Origin: a virus
Taxonomy: Duplodnaviria; Caudoviricetes
Virus record (IMG/VR): IMGVR_UViG_3300008222_000010
Location: 1-51,206 of that record
DNA length: 51,206 nt
Reading direction: 5' to 3' (one strand)
Part shown: positions 1 to 8,950 of the stretch, piece after piece
Numbering within the stretch: position 1 is the first letter of the stretch
Layout: each line of letters starts with the position of its first letter
The notes under the pieces: generated by a model
Database searches by the model: none
Told to the model about the DNA's origin: nothing
Seen by the model: the letters and a program-made list of their open reading frames with translations, nothing else
Program-made: the position numbers and the translations under genes

Positions 1-1512
1 CGATATTGTGTACATTCTCGTTTTTCCATGTTGAACGTAGCTACTCCTAACATCACTTAAAATCAACTCCGTAGCTACTGGGGTTTCGTCACTGGATGTT
101 GTCCAAGTCGTTCCTGACACATGAGCTATAGTTGATGCGGCGTTAGCGCCTATTTCGTAAGTTGGTGCTAAAGGAATAAAAGCGTGGTCGGACTCGCTCC
201 ACGTTGCTAAATCCCCTTCCTCCCATTCCTGAATATCAAATGATTTACGCATAACCCAAGCGCCTAGGCTTCCGCTAGCTAGGTGGGTGTTCGCCCATGA
301 GGCTTGCGTTGCTGTTAAATCCGACATCAATATATAATCATAAGCCCTACCATTCTCATTAACCGTGACGGACGCGCCAATTACTGGATCTAAGGCTGAT
401 AGGCTGGCTACTGTTGCGGTCGGGGTGAATACTAAACTTCTCTCCCTATGTAGCTTTTCCTTTGTGGAATACTCCCAAGTTGTGGCGGCGGTGATTATTC
501 TCCACTCCTCGTAGTCATTACCAGAGCCGATACCCACCACTACCCCGTCGATTAGATTGGTTAGCGCCTCGGCTTCTGCGGTATCAGCGACACCGATAAA
601 CGTAACTGCATCGTCTGACGCGCCACTAGAGCCTTCTCCATCATTAATAACATAAGACCAGTACGTAGTGTCTTCGCGAGCTATACATCGACCTACGTAT
701 ATCATACCGTCTAACTCCGATGGTACTACCATTGTTCTTGCGGAGGATAGATTTACTGCGCTAGTAGAGCTTGACTCTACGAATTGCGGCAACAGCCCAT
801 AAAATTGACCCGTTGCGGCATCTCGATATATTTCAACTGAAACCGCCTCGTCTGTATCAACTAAATCAGCATCCACAATACTTACTAGTATTCCATCCTG
901 CGCAGCATCGTAACCCCATGATATTTGATATTGGTCTTTAGCTATCGATAGGTTGTCTAAGTCGAGAGCGGTTAACGCCTGCCCCTGAGATGTCATATAT
1001 AGGATATCTATGTCTGACGCTGCGGCGTGATTGTACTCTGTGATATCACCAGTTGAAGATATTGAGCGGTAAGTTGTCGCCTCAACGTCCAGTCTGCGAC
1101 TCCCACCGTTAGAGATTTGACCGCCAACTATTTGCCACCCCTCGTTACTGATATAAGTTACCAATGATGATATTTTTGATATCTCAGTAGGTAATCCAGA
1201 GACAGACGCTTGAGACTGGGTGCCGTGATGATTAATTCTATTAAACGAGTCTGACTGAATATCTAGTGGATCGTAAATGGTCGATAGCATGGCGTTATCG
1301 ACTGTTACGTTATCTATCGCGGTGTTCACTTCGCTAATTAATTCGTTCACAGCCCTTTGTGAGTGGGCTACTACTGTGCTAGTGCCTGATTCATCATCAG
1401 ATATCAAATTAGATAATGCGCTGTTAATTTGCGTTGCTACTTGCGATTCGGTTTGCCCGCTCAACGGGTCTGTTGATGCGGACTGCCCCGATGATAGTGA
1501 AGTGTATGACAT
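1..1512 (-). CDS. large virion structural / fibre-like protein, 3'-truncated by the window edge (>504 aa); absent from the ORF track
   Basis: ATG at 1512 with AGGGG RBS; frame read codon by codon is open to base 1 (MSYTSLSSGQ...KTRMYTIS); contains NRINHHGTQSQASVSGL, resembling the RANHTGTQ motif of phage fibre proteins; lies in the head region. Confidence 0.7.
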   Translation of the reverse strand, partial: MSYTSLSSGQSASTDPLSGQTESQVATQINSALSNLISDDESGTSTVVAHSQRAVNELISEVNTAIDNVTVDNAMLSTIYDPLDIQSDSFNRINHHGTQSQASVSGLPTEISKISSLVTYISNEGWQIVGGQISNGGSRRLDVEATTYRSISSTGDITEYNHAAASDIDILYMTSQGQALTALDLDNLSIAKDQYQISWGYDAAQDGILVSIVDADLVDTDEAVSVEIYRDAATGQFYGLLPQFVESSSTSAVNLSSARTMVVPSELDGMIYVGRCIAREDTTYWSYVINDGEGSSGASDDAVTFIGVADTAEAEALTNLIDGVVVGIGSGNDYEEWRIITAATTWEYSTKEKLHRERSLVFTPTATVASLSALDPVIGASVTVNENGRAYDYILMSDLTATQASWANTHLASGSLGAWVMRKSFDIQEWEEGDLATWSESDHAFIPLAPTYEIGANAASTIAHVSGTTWTTSSDETPVATELILSDVRSSYVQHGKTRMYTIS

Positions 1513-1521
1513 GATTGTTTT

Positions 1522-1574
1522 CCCCTATTGTGTTTAGCCCTCTCCGACTGAGTAAGATTATAGCACAATAGGGG
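1522..1574 (-). promoter_or_regulatory. late-type extended -10 promoter (TGCTATAAT, 1565-1557) overlapping an 11-bp inverted repeat that pairs with the RBS
   Basis: CCCCTATTGTG (1522-1532) / CACAATAGGGG (1564-1574) perfect inverted repeat. Confidence 0.75.
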
Positions 1575-1582
1575 GTTGACGA

Positions 1583-1945
1583 TTACCGCAATATGCGACC
1601 GAACCCGCAGTAATCAACAGTTACGCCGCCCGTAACACCCGTAGCAACAACTCGATAAGCTGCTATATCGCCGTATCCGTTTGGCTGCGGTCTGTCTGGA
1701 TCGTATGCGTCTACAGCGTTAAATAATCCGCTATCCATAGTTTGCCACACCTCGTCAGGCGGTAGCGTTGCGCTACCTTGGACGAGGAACGTACCACCTG
1801 TTGGTGTTACCTTGTTGCCTCCTGCGTCGCGAAGGATTGGTGGGTTAAATGTGAATACCGCGTACTCCATTGGAATTAACCGCGTATCAGACGCACCGCT
1901 TACGGTTTGGTCTAAAAGTTTAAATCTCTGTGTTTGTGCTGACAT
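1583..1945 (-). CDS. hypothetical virion-associated protein
   Basis: 120 aa, GGAGA RBS, downstream of the capsid gene. Confidence 0.6.
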   Translation of the reverse strand: MSAQTQRFKLLDQTVSGASDTRLIPMEYAVFTFNPPILRDAGGNKVTPTGGTFLVQGSATLPPDEVWQTMDSGLFNAVDAYDPDRPQPNGYGDIAAYRVVATGVTGGVTVDYCGFGRILR

Positions 1946-1959
1946 ATTTTTATCTCCAT

Positions 1960-1986
1960 AAAAAAAGGGAGCCTAAATTGGCTCCC
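1960..1986 (-). terminator. intrinsic terminator
   Basis: GGGAGCC-aattta-GGCTCCC followed by a T run on the minus strand. Confidence 0.8.
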
Positions 1987-1995
1987 TGTATTTTA

Positions 1996-2265
1996 TCACG
2001 ATTCTTTACTTGCCTTTGGCTTAGGCTTTGGCTTAGGCTTTGGTTTTGGCTTCTCTTCTATCTCGCCAACCTTTGTAACCTTTGGGGTGCCAGTTGCGAT
2101 TAAGTCTTTCTCAAATGAGTCCTTAAACCTGACATCAATAATTTTCAACCCTGCATCACGCGCAAGTTTCTTGACGTCTTCGTTGTAAATTAGGTTGGCG
2201 GGCATTTCTAGTAACCAAACTTTACTTTGCTTGCTTTTGAATTTTCCAATCAATGAGTTATTCAT
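1996..2265 (-). CDS. small head-region protein with (KP)n tail
   Basis: 89 aa, directly after the capsid gene; C-terminal KPKPKPKPKPKPK. Confidence 0.65.
   Translation of the reverse strand: MNNSLIGKFKSKQSKVWLLEMPANLIYNEDVKKLARDAGLKIIDVRFKDSFEKDLIATGTPKVTKVGEIEEKPKPKPKPKPKPKASKES
2014..2052 (-). repeat. 6-bp-period coding repeat (Lys-Pro)x6
   Basis: ctttggcttaggctttggcttaggctttggttttggctt on the + strand. Confidence 0.8.
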
Positions 2266-2279
2266 TTATATTCACCTAT

Positions 2280-2303
2280 AAAAAAGGGGCTGCAATAGCC
2301 CCT
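2280..2303 (-). terminator. intrinsic terminator after the capsid gene
   Basis: AGGGGCT-attgc-AGCCCCT plus a T run. Confidence 0.8.
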
Positions 2304-2323
2304 ATGTAAATTTATTGTTACTA

Positions 2324-3292
2324 CTAAAGAGTGGTAACTAGCACACCAGCGGTATCTTTTACGTCAGTAGCAACGCGATCCCAGTTTGTGGCTGTAGCTA
2401 GAGCTGCATCATTAGGTGAGCGACCACCATTGGCAACGTCCCACGTGTAACCTTTCATGCCTAGATTGAAGTCAAACTCGGCCTTCATGGTGCGCTCAAC
2501 GTTAACTTTGTCGATAGCTTGGTCATGATAAACTTCGTAGTTACCATTATCTTCTAGTAATATAGCGCCGCGAACAAGGCCTAATTGATGGTAGTGATGA
2601 ACGCCAGCCGAAACAGCATCAACAACAACCAAGCTAGGACTATCAGTAACGATAAGTGGGCGACCCGCAGAATCAGCAACAATTGATACCGAACCGAACT
2701 CAAATAGGCGCTCTGCATTCTGTAGATTGGCATCGATAATGTCAGTCTTAGACGTAGAGTGCATAACCCACGCAGCGATTGCAGAAGAGCGATCTCCAAA
2801 CTTACCAGCGCCAGCGTTTAAAGCTCGTAACGAAGCCTTACCGCTTGTGGCTACGTGTACCAAATCAGTTACAGCGCTAGTAGCAGCAACGTAAGACGCG
2901 ATAGCAGAGTTCAGCATATATTGCATAATACCGACTGCAACTTGCTCACCGAAAGCCATACCAGCTTGCTCAGGATCCTCTTGAATCCACTTGAATTGCG
3001 TAGGAGTAACGCGCATCAACGCAGTACCACCGCCAACTTTTACGCTAGCTTCTTGTAATTGCTCTAAATCAACAGCAGTTAAATCACCAGTTGCGCCAGA
3101 GTCGCGGTTGATAACGATATTAGCGATAGAGCCGAATAACGTATCGTAATCATAATCACCGATATTGCTACCAGCGCTTAGTGTGATAGTGCCGTTTGAC
3201 GCACCGTTAAAAAGGTCGACTTGCTGACCGATTACTTCTGTAGCAGCGCTGTAAGCGAAGCTATTGAAGATTTGCATGTTTGCTGTGCCCAT
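2324..3292 (-). CDS. major capsid protein
   Basis: 322 aa after the scaffold; MQIFN...QQVDLFNGASNG and KGYTWD...SPNDAALATATNW...KDTAGV motifs typical of a gammaproteobacterial siphovirus capsid family; followed by a terminator. Confidence 0.85.
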   Translation of the reverse strand: MGTANMQIFNSFAYSAATEVIGQQVDLFNGASNGTITLSAGSNIGDYDYDTLFGSIANIVINRDSGATGDLTAVDLEQLQEASVKVGGGTALMRVTPTQFKWIQEDPEQAGMAFGEQVAVGIMQYMLNSAIASYVAATSAVTDLVHVATSGKASLRALNAGAGKFGDRSSAIAAWVMHSTSKTDIIDANLQNAERLFEFGSVSIVADSAGRPLIVTDSPSLVVVDAVSAGVHHYHQLGLVRGAILLEDNGNYEVYHDQAIDKVNVERTMKAEFDFNLGMKGYTWDVANGGRSPNDAALATATNWDRVATDVKDTAGVLVTTL

Positions 3293-3323
3293 TAGTTTAA
3301 TTCCTGTATTTTATAATTAAGTA

Positions 3324-4067
3324 TTAAGATGCGTGGCTTTTCTTGATTTTAGCTGTCTTTTCAGCCCTGCTCATTTCATTCCACGGCTTGTTCAGGTCTA
3401 ACGCAGCACCGCCTTGTTGTCCCCCTTGTGCGCCAATGCCCGCTTTGGATTGTGGCTTTTTGGCTAGCGCTGCAAATAGGGACTCCCCTTTCAGCATTTC
3501 TGTGTTTGCTTCTAGATTAAATGCAACTGCTGCGCCACTGGCGTCAGTCATTGCAAATTGTCCATCTGCCTCTACAATACGTTGTCGTAACAAGATTTCT
3601 GCCGCTGCTCGTGCTTCATCACTAGCGAATGCACCTGCTAGTTGTGACGCCATTTCACCGATTTTTGCATCAGTGATTGACTTGCGTAAGCCGCTTAGCT
3701 CATCGTCTTTAGCTGCTAATGAATCTAAAACTTTTTGATGCTCAGCTTCTTTGATTTCTTGCTCAAGTTTGTTTAATGCGCTTGTGTTGTTCGATGCTTT
3801 CAATCGTTCGCGTTCAGCTTCCAAGTCGTCTGCCGCTTTTGCTTCTGCTAGCGCTTGTGCTTGCGATGCTTTTTCATTGGCGTCAGCTTGAAAACTATCA
3901 AACTTTTTACTTAATTCAGTGAGTTGACCTTGATTGCGATAAGTCGCTTTTGTCTGCTCTGCTAAATCTTTGTGCATAAAAACGGTTGCGCCGCCTTGCT
4001 CGAATGGTACGAATGAATCTTTAGCTTCTTGCGGAACGTCCGCTTCGTTGCTGTATTGTAGTTGCAT
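3324..4067 (-). CDS. head scaffolding protein
   Basis: 247 aa coiled-coil with Gly-rich C-terminus, between portal and capsid. Confidence 0.8.
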   Translation of the reverse strand: MQLQYSNEADVPQEAKDSFVPFEQGGATVFMHKDLAEQTKATYRNQGQLTELSKKFDSFQADANEKASQAQALAEAKAADDLEAERERLKASNNTSALNKLEQEIKEAEHQKVLDSLAAKDDELSGLRKSITDAKIGEMASQLAGAFASDEARAAAEILLRQRIVEADGQFAMTDASGAAVAFNLEANTEMLKGESLFAALAKKPQSKAGIGAQGGQQGGAALDLNKPWNEMSRAEKTAKIKKSHAS

Positions 4068-4072
4068 GTGTT

Positions 4073-4130
4073 AGACCCTAACTAGTTGCATGTATGTTGT
4101 AAGTGTCTATTATAGCATACAACTAATTAG
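4073..4130 (-). promoter_or_regulatory. late-type extended -10 promoter (TGCTATAAT, 4117-4109) with RBS-sequestering inverted repeat
   Basis: minus-strand CTAATTAGTTGTATG pairs with CATGCAACTAGTTAG(GG): 15 bp including 2 G-U pairs. Confidence 0.75.
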
Positions 4131-4146
4131 TGGTTATTTTGACCAA

Positions 4147-5544
4147 TTACATTTCGAGCTCAGCCAGTATTACATCAACCTCTTCTTTTAGTATTCCTCC
4201 GTCACGCATCTGTCTCAAGCCCTCTTGCTTTGATATTAACGTTGTGGTGACGTCATTGGCGATAGCCTTACGCTCCTCAGGGTCTAACTTACTTTGGTTG
4301 AATTCTTTATTGATTACTAGCTCATATTCAGGTTCTTTATTTGATGTGGACATAAACCCAAAGCAGATATCGATTAGCATTTTATAGCCCTCTTCGATAG
4401 AGTTGGCGATATTGACCAATGCGCGTAACTGCTCTGCTGATTTAATTTTAGTTGTACCTACTGCCTCCTCCGTTGCCTCACTGGTATCAAACGAGCCGCC
4501 GAAAGCTTTAATCTCTTTCTGGTTAGCTTCTAGGTATTTGAAATAATACGAGTTGTCAGCTTTGTTTTCTAGGTAGCTAGCCGTAACGCCAGCGGGTAGA
4601 TTAATACCACCACTTGAGCCAAGCTTGATAGCCATGGTGCCGCCATTCATCTTCTTGTACGCGTCTATCATGTCGTCACTATCCCAACCCGTAGTTACAG
4701 GAGTTGGTTGTGCATCACGATGTAGCACTTCCTTTAAGTCAGCGTTAACTTGGTAGCGTGAGATTGTTTTTAGTACGATAGGGTGAATAACACCATAGTT
4801 AAGTGGCATTTCACTAGAACAATATGGACGGTCTGTAACGATGTAGTGCGGGATATGCATCATCGGCGCGCCTTTGTATTCAGGGTAAACCATTTCGCTC
4901 CTCTGCTCGATGCCGTCGCTATCAATAGTAATTTGCTGTTGATAGTAGTGGCCGTTTTCGTCAAGACCAAGAATTAGCGCAGTTGAGCGTGACTCACGTG
5001 CTAGCGTTTGCTTATTTACGTGCGACGTATGCTCGATTAGTTTTGCGTATGATAGCTGCTTGATGCCGTTAATCATCTCGTAATCCCAATCGAATACAGA
5101 CTCACGCGGGTAGTGCCTAATATAAGCCTGTGCGCCATCGTAGTCAGCTAAAAGGAAGTGGCTACCCATTTGCATAACCTGATAGGCTGTAGCTCTCATG
5201 GACTCTGACAGTGTTGTGTTGGCACCATCGGAATTGTACATTAGATATTCAATTTCGCTCGGTAGGTCATCAGTAATAGCGGGCGTTTGCCACATTGCAC
5301 CACCTAAGCTAATTAGTGTTGCGCCTGCTACCTCGTCAAATTCAGCACGCGCCTTGAATCGATTATACCTAGTAATTGCGCCTTCGCTTGTGGTATCGGT
5401 ATCACTAGGGTGCGGTAGGTAAATTAATGAATTAACACTATTCTTTACTTTGTGCTCACCACCTACAGCGTCACGTATTTTTAATAATTCGTCTTCGTTT
5501 TCTGTGTACTGCACGTGTTTTACGTGCATAACTGCGTGTGTCAT
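4147..5544 (-). CDS. portal protein (DUF4055-like)
   Basis: 465 aa; YLPHPS...RY..FK.RA.F N-terminus and RYQVNADLKEVLH..QPT motif; position before the scaffold. Confidence 0.85.
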   Translation of the reverse strand: MTHAVMHVKHVQYTENEDELLKIRDAVGGEHKVKNSVNSLIYLPHPSDTDTTSEGAITRYNRFKARAEFDEVAGATLISLGGAMWQTPAITDDLPSEIEYLMYNSDGANTTLSESMRATAYQVMQMGSHFLLADYDGAQAYIRHYPRESVFDWDYEMINGIKQLSYAKLIEHTSHVNKQTLARESRSTALILGLDENGHYYQQQITIDSDGIEQRSEMVYPEYKGAPMMHIPHYIVTDRPYCSSEMPLNYGVIHPIVLKTISRYQVNADLKEVLHRDAQPTPVTTGWDSDDMIDAYKKMNGGTMAIKLGSSGGINLPAGVTASYLENKADNSYYFKYLEANQKEIKAFGGSFDTSEATEEAVGTTKIKSAEQLRALVNIANSIEEGYKMLIDICFGFMSTSNKEPEYELVINKEFNQSKLDPEERKAIANDVTTTLISKQEGLRQMRDGGILKEEVDVILAELEM

Positions 5545-5571
5545 GTGATAAGCCCTGATTAAGTTTAGGTA

Positions 5572-5580
5572 ATTATATCA
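5572..5580 (-). promoter_or_regulatory. late-type extended -10 promoter of the portal gene (TGATATAAT)
   Basis: same motif as upstream of other virion genes; back-to-back with the + strand TTGACA promoter; only a weak hairpin here. Confidence 0.65.
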
Positions 5581-5590
5581 TTATTAAGTG

Positions 5591-5618
5591 TTGACATAAT
5601 ATTGTGAGCTGTTAATAT
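5591..5618 (+). promoter_or_regulatory. sigma70-type early promoter
   Basis: TTGACA-16-TAATAT with AT-rich upstream, then AAGGAG RBS. Confidence 0.7.
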
Positions 5619-5647
5619 GGTTACATCTAAAACGAAGGAGAATAAAA

Positions 5648-6244
5648 ATGAAACATACAGGAACATTGGTGTCACATAAAAAAGAAGTAATCATGGCTGC
5701 GGTGGCCGATATGCGAAAGACGATGAGCTTAGCCGAGATAGAGGCCTTGGTTGGCCTCAGCGCGCCAACGATATGTAATATAGCTAACGGCTCAGTGTCG
5801 GAAAGAACCGCGCTAAAAATCATTGCGGCAGCTAAACCGAAACAGGAAAAGAAGGTGGTAGCGCTAAAAATGCCAGAGCTAAACAATGACCTGTCGGATA
5901 TCGCTATCGCGCACAAATACTGCCAAAAGGCCGATAACGCATCAGCGGCTGGTCACTCCTTTAAGTTGAGTTTTGACGAGTATAAAAACTTGATATTGCA
6001 AAAGTTTTGTGCGTATACCGACATTAAAATGACGAGAAGCGGTAAGGGGGCACAAGCACAGACCGACATCACTATCGACCGAGTGGACAACAGTAAGGGT
6101 TATGTCGATGGTAATGTCGTTGCATGCTGCTTCGCTGCTAACCAATTAAAAGGTCACACCGAGAGCCCTGCAAACGCACTAAACATTAACGGCGCGCTTA
6201 TGGTTCTTAATCGAGCTAAGGCACTACTGGAGAAACAAAAATGA
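5648..6244 (+). CDS. HTH + Srd-like/HNH-fold protein
   Basis: N-terminal HTH (SLAEIEALVGLSAPTICNIANG); C-terminal CAYT...TIDRVDNSKGYVDGNVVACCFAANQLK as recalled for phage Srd-family/HNH-like proteins. Confidence 0.65.
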   Translation: MKHTGTLVSHKKEVIMAAVADMRKTMSLAEIEALVGLSAPTICNIANGSVSERTALKIIAAAKPKQEKKVVALKMPELNNDLSDIAIAHKYCQKADNASAAGHSFKLSFDEYKNLILQKFCAYTDIKMTRSGKGAQAQTDITIDRVDNSKGYVDGNVVACCFAANQLKGHTESPANALNINGALMVLNRAKALLEKQK

Positions 6245-6405
6245 TTTACACAAACAATCTAAGCCGCACCCAATACCGCAAATCAGCTAATCACAATTAC
6301 GCTGAATACCGTAGCGATAACGGTGCATGGAAATTGAGCGCATCGGTCAGTAATGATGAACTAGATGACATTAAACGATTTAAACAGGATTTTAATAATG
6401 GGTAA
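6241..6405 (+). CDS. small hypothetical protein (54 aa, not in the ORF track)
   Basis: ATGA overlap with the upstream stop, GGAGA RBS; MIYTNNLSRTQYRK...FNNG. Confidence 0.55.
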   Translation: MIYTNNLSRTQYRKSANHNYAEYRSDNGAWKLSASVSNDELDDIKRFKQDFNNG

Positions 6406-6835
6406 CGAAACGGTAACACTGAACAAGGCAACGTATGACTCAATGAATAGAGAGATTGAGGAATTAAAAGAACTGGTTATTGCAGGCGCGTACAACCTTA
6501 CTTTTGAGTACGTGTACATTAAGGATATAACCGATGTATTCCTAATGCCGCCACGCGGTGATAATGGCCTTTCAGAGCGCGAAGCGAGTCAAAGACTGAG
6601 AGACTGCACCTTTAATCATAATGTATCTATAGCTAGCTTAGGTGATAGTCTGGATGAAATTCAAAAGCGTCAATCTGAACTAAAGTGGGCGTCAGAAAAA
6701 CGCGAGCAAGACGCTAAAAGTGCCGCAGATAAAGGAATAGAAGAAATGATGGAGCTTTGCGACAAGGAGCGAGAGCTAGCAGCGAAGGCGTCAAAAAAAT
6801 TAAAATCAAAACTACCGGGGTGGTTACAATGGTAA
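6398..6835 (+). CDS. hypothetical coiled-coil protein
   Basis: track ORF 6365..6835; likely start MGNETV at 6398 after AGGA. Confidence 0.6.
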   Translation: MGNETVTLNKATYDSMNREIEELKELVIAGAYNLTFEYVYIKDITDVFLMPPRGDNGLSEREASQRLRDCTFNHNVSIASLGDSLDEIQKRQSELKWASEKREQDAKSAADKGIEEMMELCDKERELAAKASKKLKSKLPGWLQW

Positions 6836-7077
6836 ATAAACAACAAACAATCAAAGAATACGCAGACGAACTGGTCGGTACAAGTTACGGCAGTAAAGCA
6901 GCATTAGCTCGAATGATTAATAAGGCTCGGCAGCAGGTTGACCGCTGGGTAAAAGTTAACGGATTGGTAATCGACCACAAGATATATACGCCATCACAAG
7001 GTCACTTTAACGAGGTTACCACAATAAACGGTAAGCCTTACAAAATGGTATTTGATGTCGCGGGTTACTTACCATGA
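6829..7077 (+). CDS. Cro-like HTH DNA-binding protein
   Basis: MVNKQQTIKEY...YGSKAALARMINKARQQVDRWV HTH pattern; start moved to the ATG at 6829. Confidence 0.6.
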   Translation: MVNKQQTIKEYADELVGTSYGSKAALARMINKARQQVDRWVKVNGLVIDHKIYTPSQGHFNEVTTINGKPYKMVFDVAGYLP

Positions 7078-7250
7078 GTCGCAACTCAAAGCAATGGGTG
7101 CAAACGTTCGCATTGGCGCTAGTATTTAGCGTTACTATGCTGGCGTTACTTTATTAACACATACAGAGGTGGCAGGATGAAAATTAACAAGGATTACGTC
7201 GGTGATTTTATTATGTTTATTCTAGCCATCACGTTTCTATGGATGGTATT

Positions 7251-7487
7251 ATGAAAACATTTAAAGGATGTAAATATGTAATCACCGCGACTGGTGAGGT
7301 TGTTGAAGCTGAACTTAATTCGCTGTCAATACTATTCGCGGTTGGCATCGATGGCGCGTACTACAGAAGCGAATTCACAAAGCTCATCATGGACGATAAG
7401 CCTTGGAATGGTGGGAATGATGAGCATGTCGGCATGTCAATGCAGATAGCTAACGACGCAATACGTAAAATGATTAGCCATCAATAA
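7251..7487 (+). CDS. hypothetical protein
   Basis: MKTFKGCK..., last gene of the + strand cassette, converges on the MuF-like gene. Confidence 0.5.
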   Translation: MKTFKGCKYVITATGEVVEAELNSLSILFAVGIDGAYYRSEFTKLIMDDKPWNGGNDEHVGMSMQIANDAIRKMISHQ

Positions 7488-8625
7488 CCCTAAACGCCTT
7501 ATCGGCAATACCACTTTCGCGCAACTCATCGAGCGTCAGTGGTCGGCCTGTTATGTCAGTAAACTTACTGATATGCAGCTTCCCGTCTAGAAACAATCTA
7601 GCGCCAGTAACACCCAAGCTCGACTCCACAAACGCCCTAGGCTGCATACGTAAAAATTCATCACTAGCCATATCTGAACGCACCTTTTGCACACCGTAAC
7701 GCTCGTCTTTATTGCCTTTACGCTTAGTCGAGTAATCGTATTTGTCAGACGTGCCTTGTGTGGCTGGTTTTGTTCCATGTAGCGGGTCGATGCCTTTTAG
7801 TCTAATCAAATAAACGCTACGGCAGTTCATGTGCAACGGTATGCGCGGGTAATTCTTTTCGTCTAAATCCCACTCTTGCAGGTTAAATCTCATGCACGTT
7901 TTAGTTGTACGGTTATCCATCACTGCATAAAAAATACGCGTTTCTGCAATGTCTTTATTAGCTTGATACATTCTATCGCGAGCTGAGTTTGAATAATGAC
8001 TAACGCCAGTGCGTACTAGTGTAGACGCCTGATTCTTTGTTACGCCGTCAAGTATGCCGCCGCTGTATGTTTTTGTGCTGCGATTGTACGTGCCGCGAAT
8101 GTTGCGCGTAATCTCTTGGTTTGTTAGTCCTGCGCCGTAACCAGCGTCAATCTGGCCTATTATCGCGCGACTAGTTGAATCGATATTGTTGCGCACGAAA
8201 TCAGCCCACACGCCCGACCTAGAGCTAGCACCACTTGATAGTACCATTGTCGCGGCGTTAGCATAACCTATCAGCGTCTTGTCTTCTGGAATAGCAAATG
8301 ATGCGCCTAGGAAATCATCGTAAATGTCGTTAACGTGGGCAACGTCTAGCGCGGTCATGTGTTGCATTTGCTGTGTAATCAACTCAAATTCTGGCTGCAT
8401 TAGCGCTTTGATTGACTCACGGATACGCGCACGAATAGCGTTGCGTTCGGATTGATTTAGTTGCTGTAGGTTGCCAAACTCTTCGATAATTGCAGGTAGG
8501 GATTTTGCGAACTCATTGTATGGTACGCCAATGTGTTGATTGATAAGCTGTGACGCGAATCGTGACAAATACACCTCGCGGCGTACAAGTGATTCAATGA
8601 TGGTATCTTCGTTTGGAGTAGCCAT
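7474..8625 (-). CDS. head morphogenesis / minor head protein (SPP1 gp7 / Mu F family)
   Basis: LVRT...AVMDNRTTKTC...PLHMNCRS motif. Confidence 0.85.
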   Translation of the reverse strand: MATPNEDTIIESLVRREVYLSRFASQLINQHIGVPYNEFAKSLPAIIEEFGNLQQLNQSERNAIRARIRESIKALMQPEFELITQQMQHMTALDVAHVNDIYDDFLGASFAIPEDKTLIGYANAATMVLSSGASSRSGVWADFVRNNIDSTSRAIIGQIDAGYGAGLTNQEITRNIRGTYNRSTKTYSGGILDGVTKNQASTLVRTGVSHYSNSARDRMYQANKDIAETRIFYAVMDNRTTKTCMRFNLQEWDLDEKNYPRIPLHMNCRSVYLIRLKGIDPLHGTKPATQGTSDKYDYSTKRKGNKDERYGVQKVRSDMASDEFLRMQPRAFVESSLGVTGARLFLDGKLHISKFTDITGRPLTLDELRESGIADKAFRVIDG

Positions 8626-8662
8626 AAAAAAGCCCTATTGTTTATATAGGGCTATTATAGCA
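8626..8662 (-). promoter_or_regulatory. late extended -10 promoter fused to a terminator-like, RBS-sequestering hairpin
   Basis: minus strand TGCTATAAT-AGCCCTAT-ataaaca-ATAGGGCT-TTTTT-ATG. Confidence 0.8.
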
Positions 8663-8728
8663 TTATGTTTGTTTAGGACATCAAGCCCCAGTCTTCTTCG
8701 CTTAACTCTTTCGTTGTTAAGTTCAATC

Positions 8729-8950
8729 TCATAGCTCCCCCTTGATTACATCTGGATCGAATATGAGCAGCCACATTAAACAGAACTCATTCATGCTGTC
8801 TGCGCTAATCTTTACGGCGTTTCTTATTTCGTTGTCGGATTCCTTTCTTCCGATATACACGCCGCCGTCACCCACCACTGCGGCTAATTCATGAGAGTAA
8901 ACACCTTGAACTTCTCTGTCATTCATTACGTACCCTATCTCGTCACTCAT
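8729..8950 (-). CDS. hypothetical protein
   Basis: 73 aa, ATGA-coupled, AGGAG RBS. Confidence 0.55.
   Translation of the reverse strand: MSDEIGYVMNDREVQGVYSHELAAVVGDGGVYIGRKESDNEIRNAVKISADSMNEFCLMWLLIFDPDVIKGEL

Noticed and set aside
1277-1537. + strand 86-aa ORF and many similar track ORFs (e.g. 3343, 10083, 25972, 30489, 43238, 43916, 46482, 47610, 47920)
   Set aside because: They are antisense or out-of-frame shadows of well-supported genes, with no RBS or family motifs.
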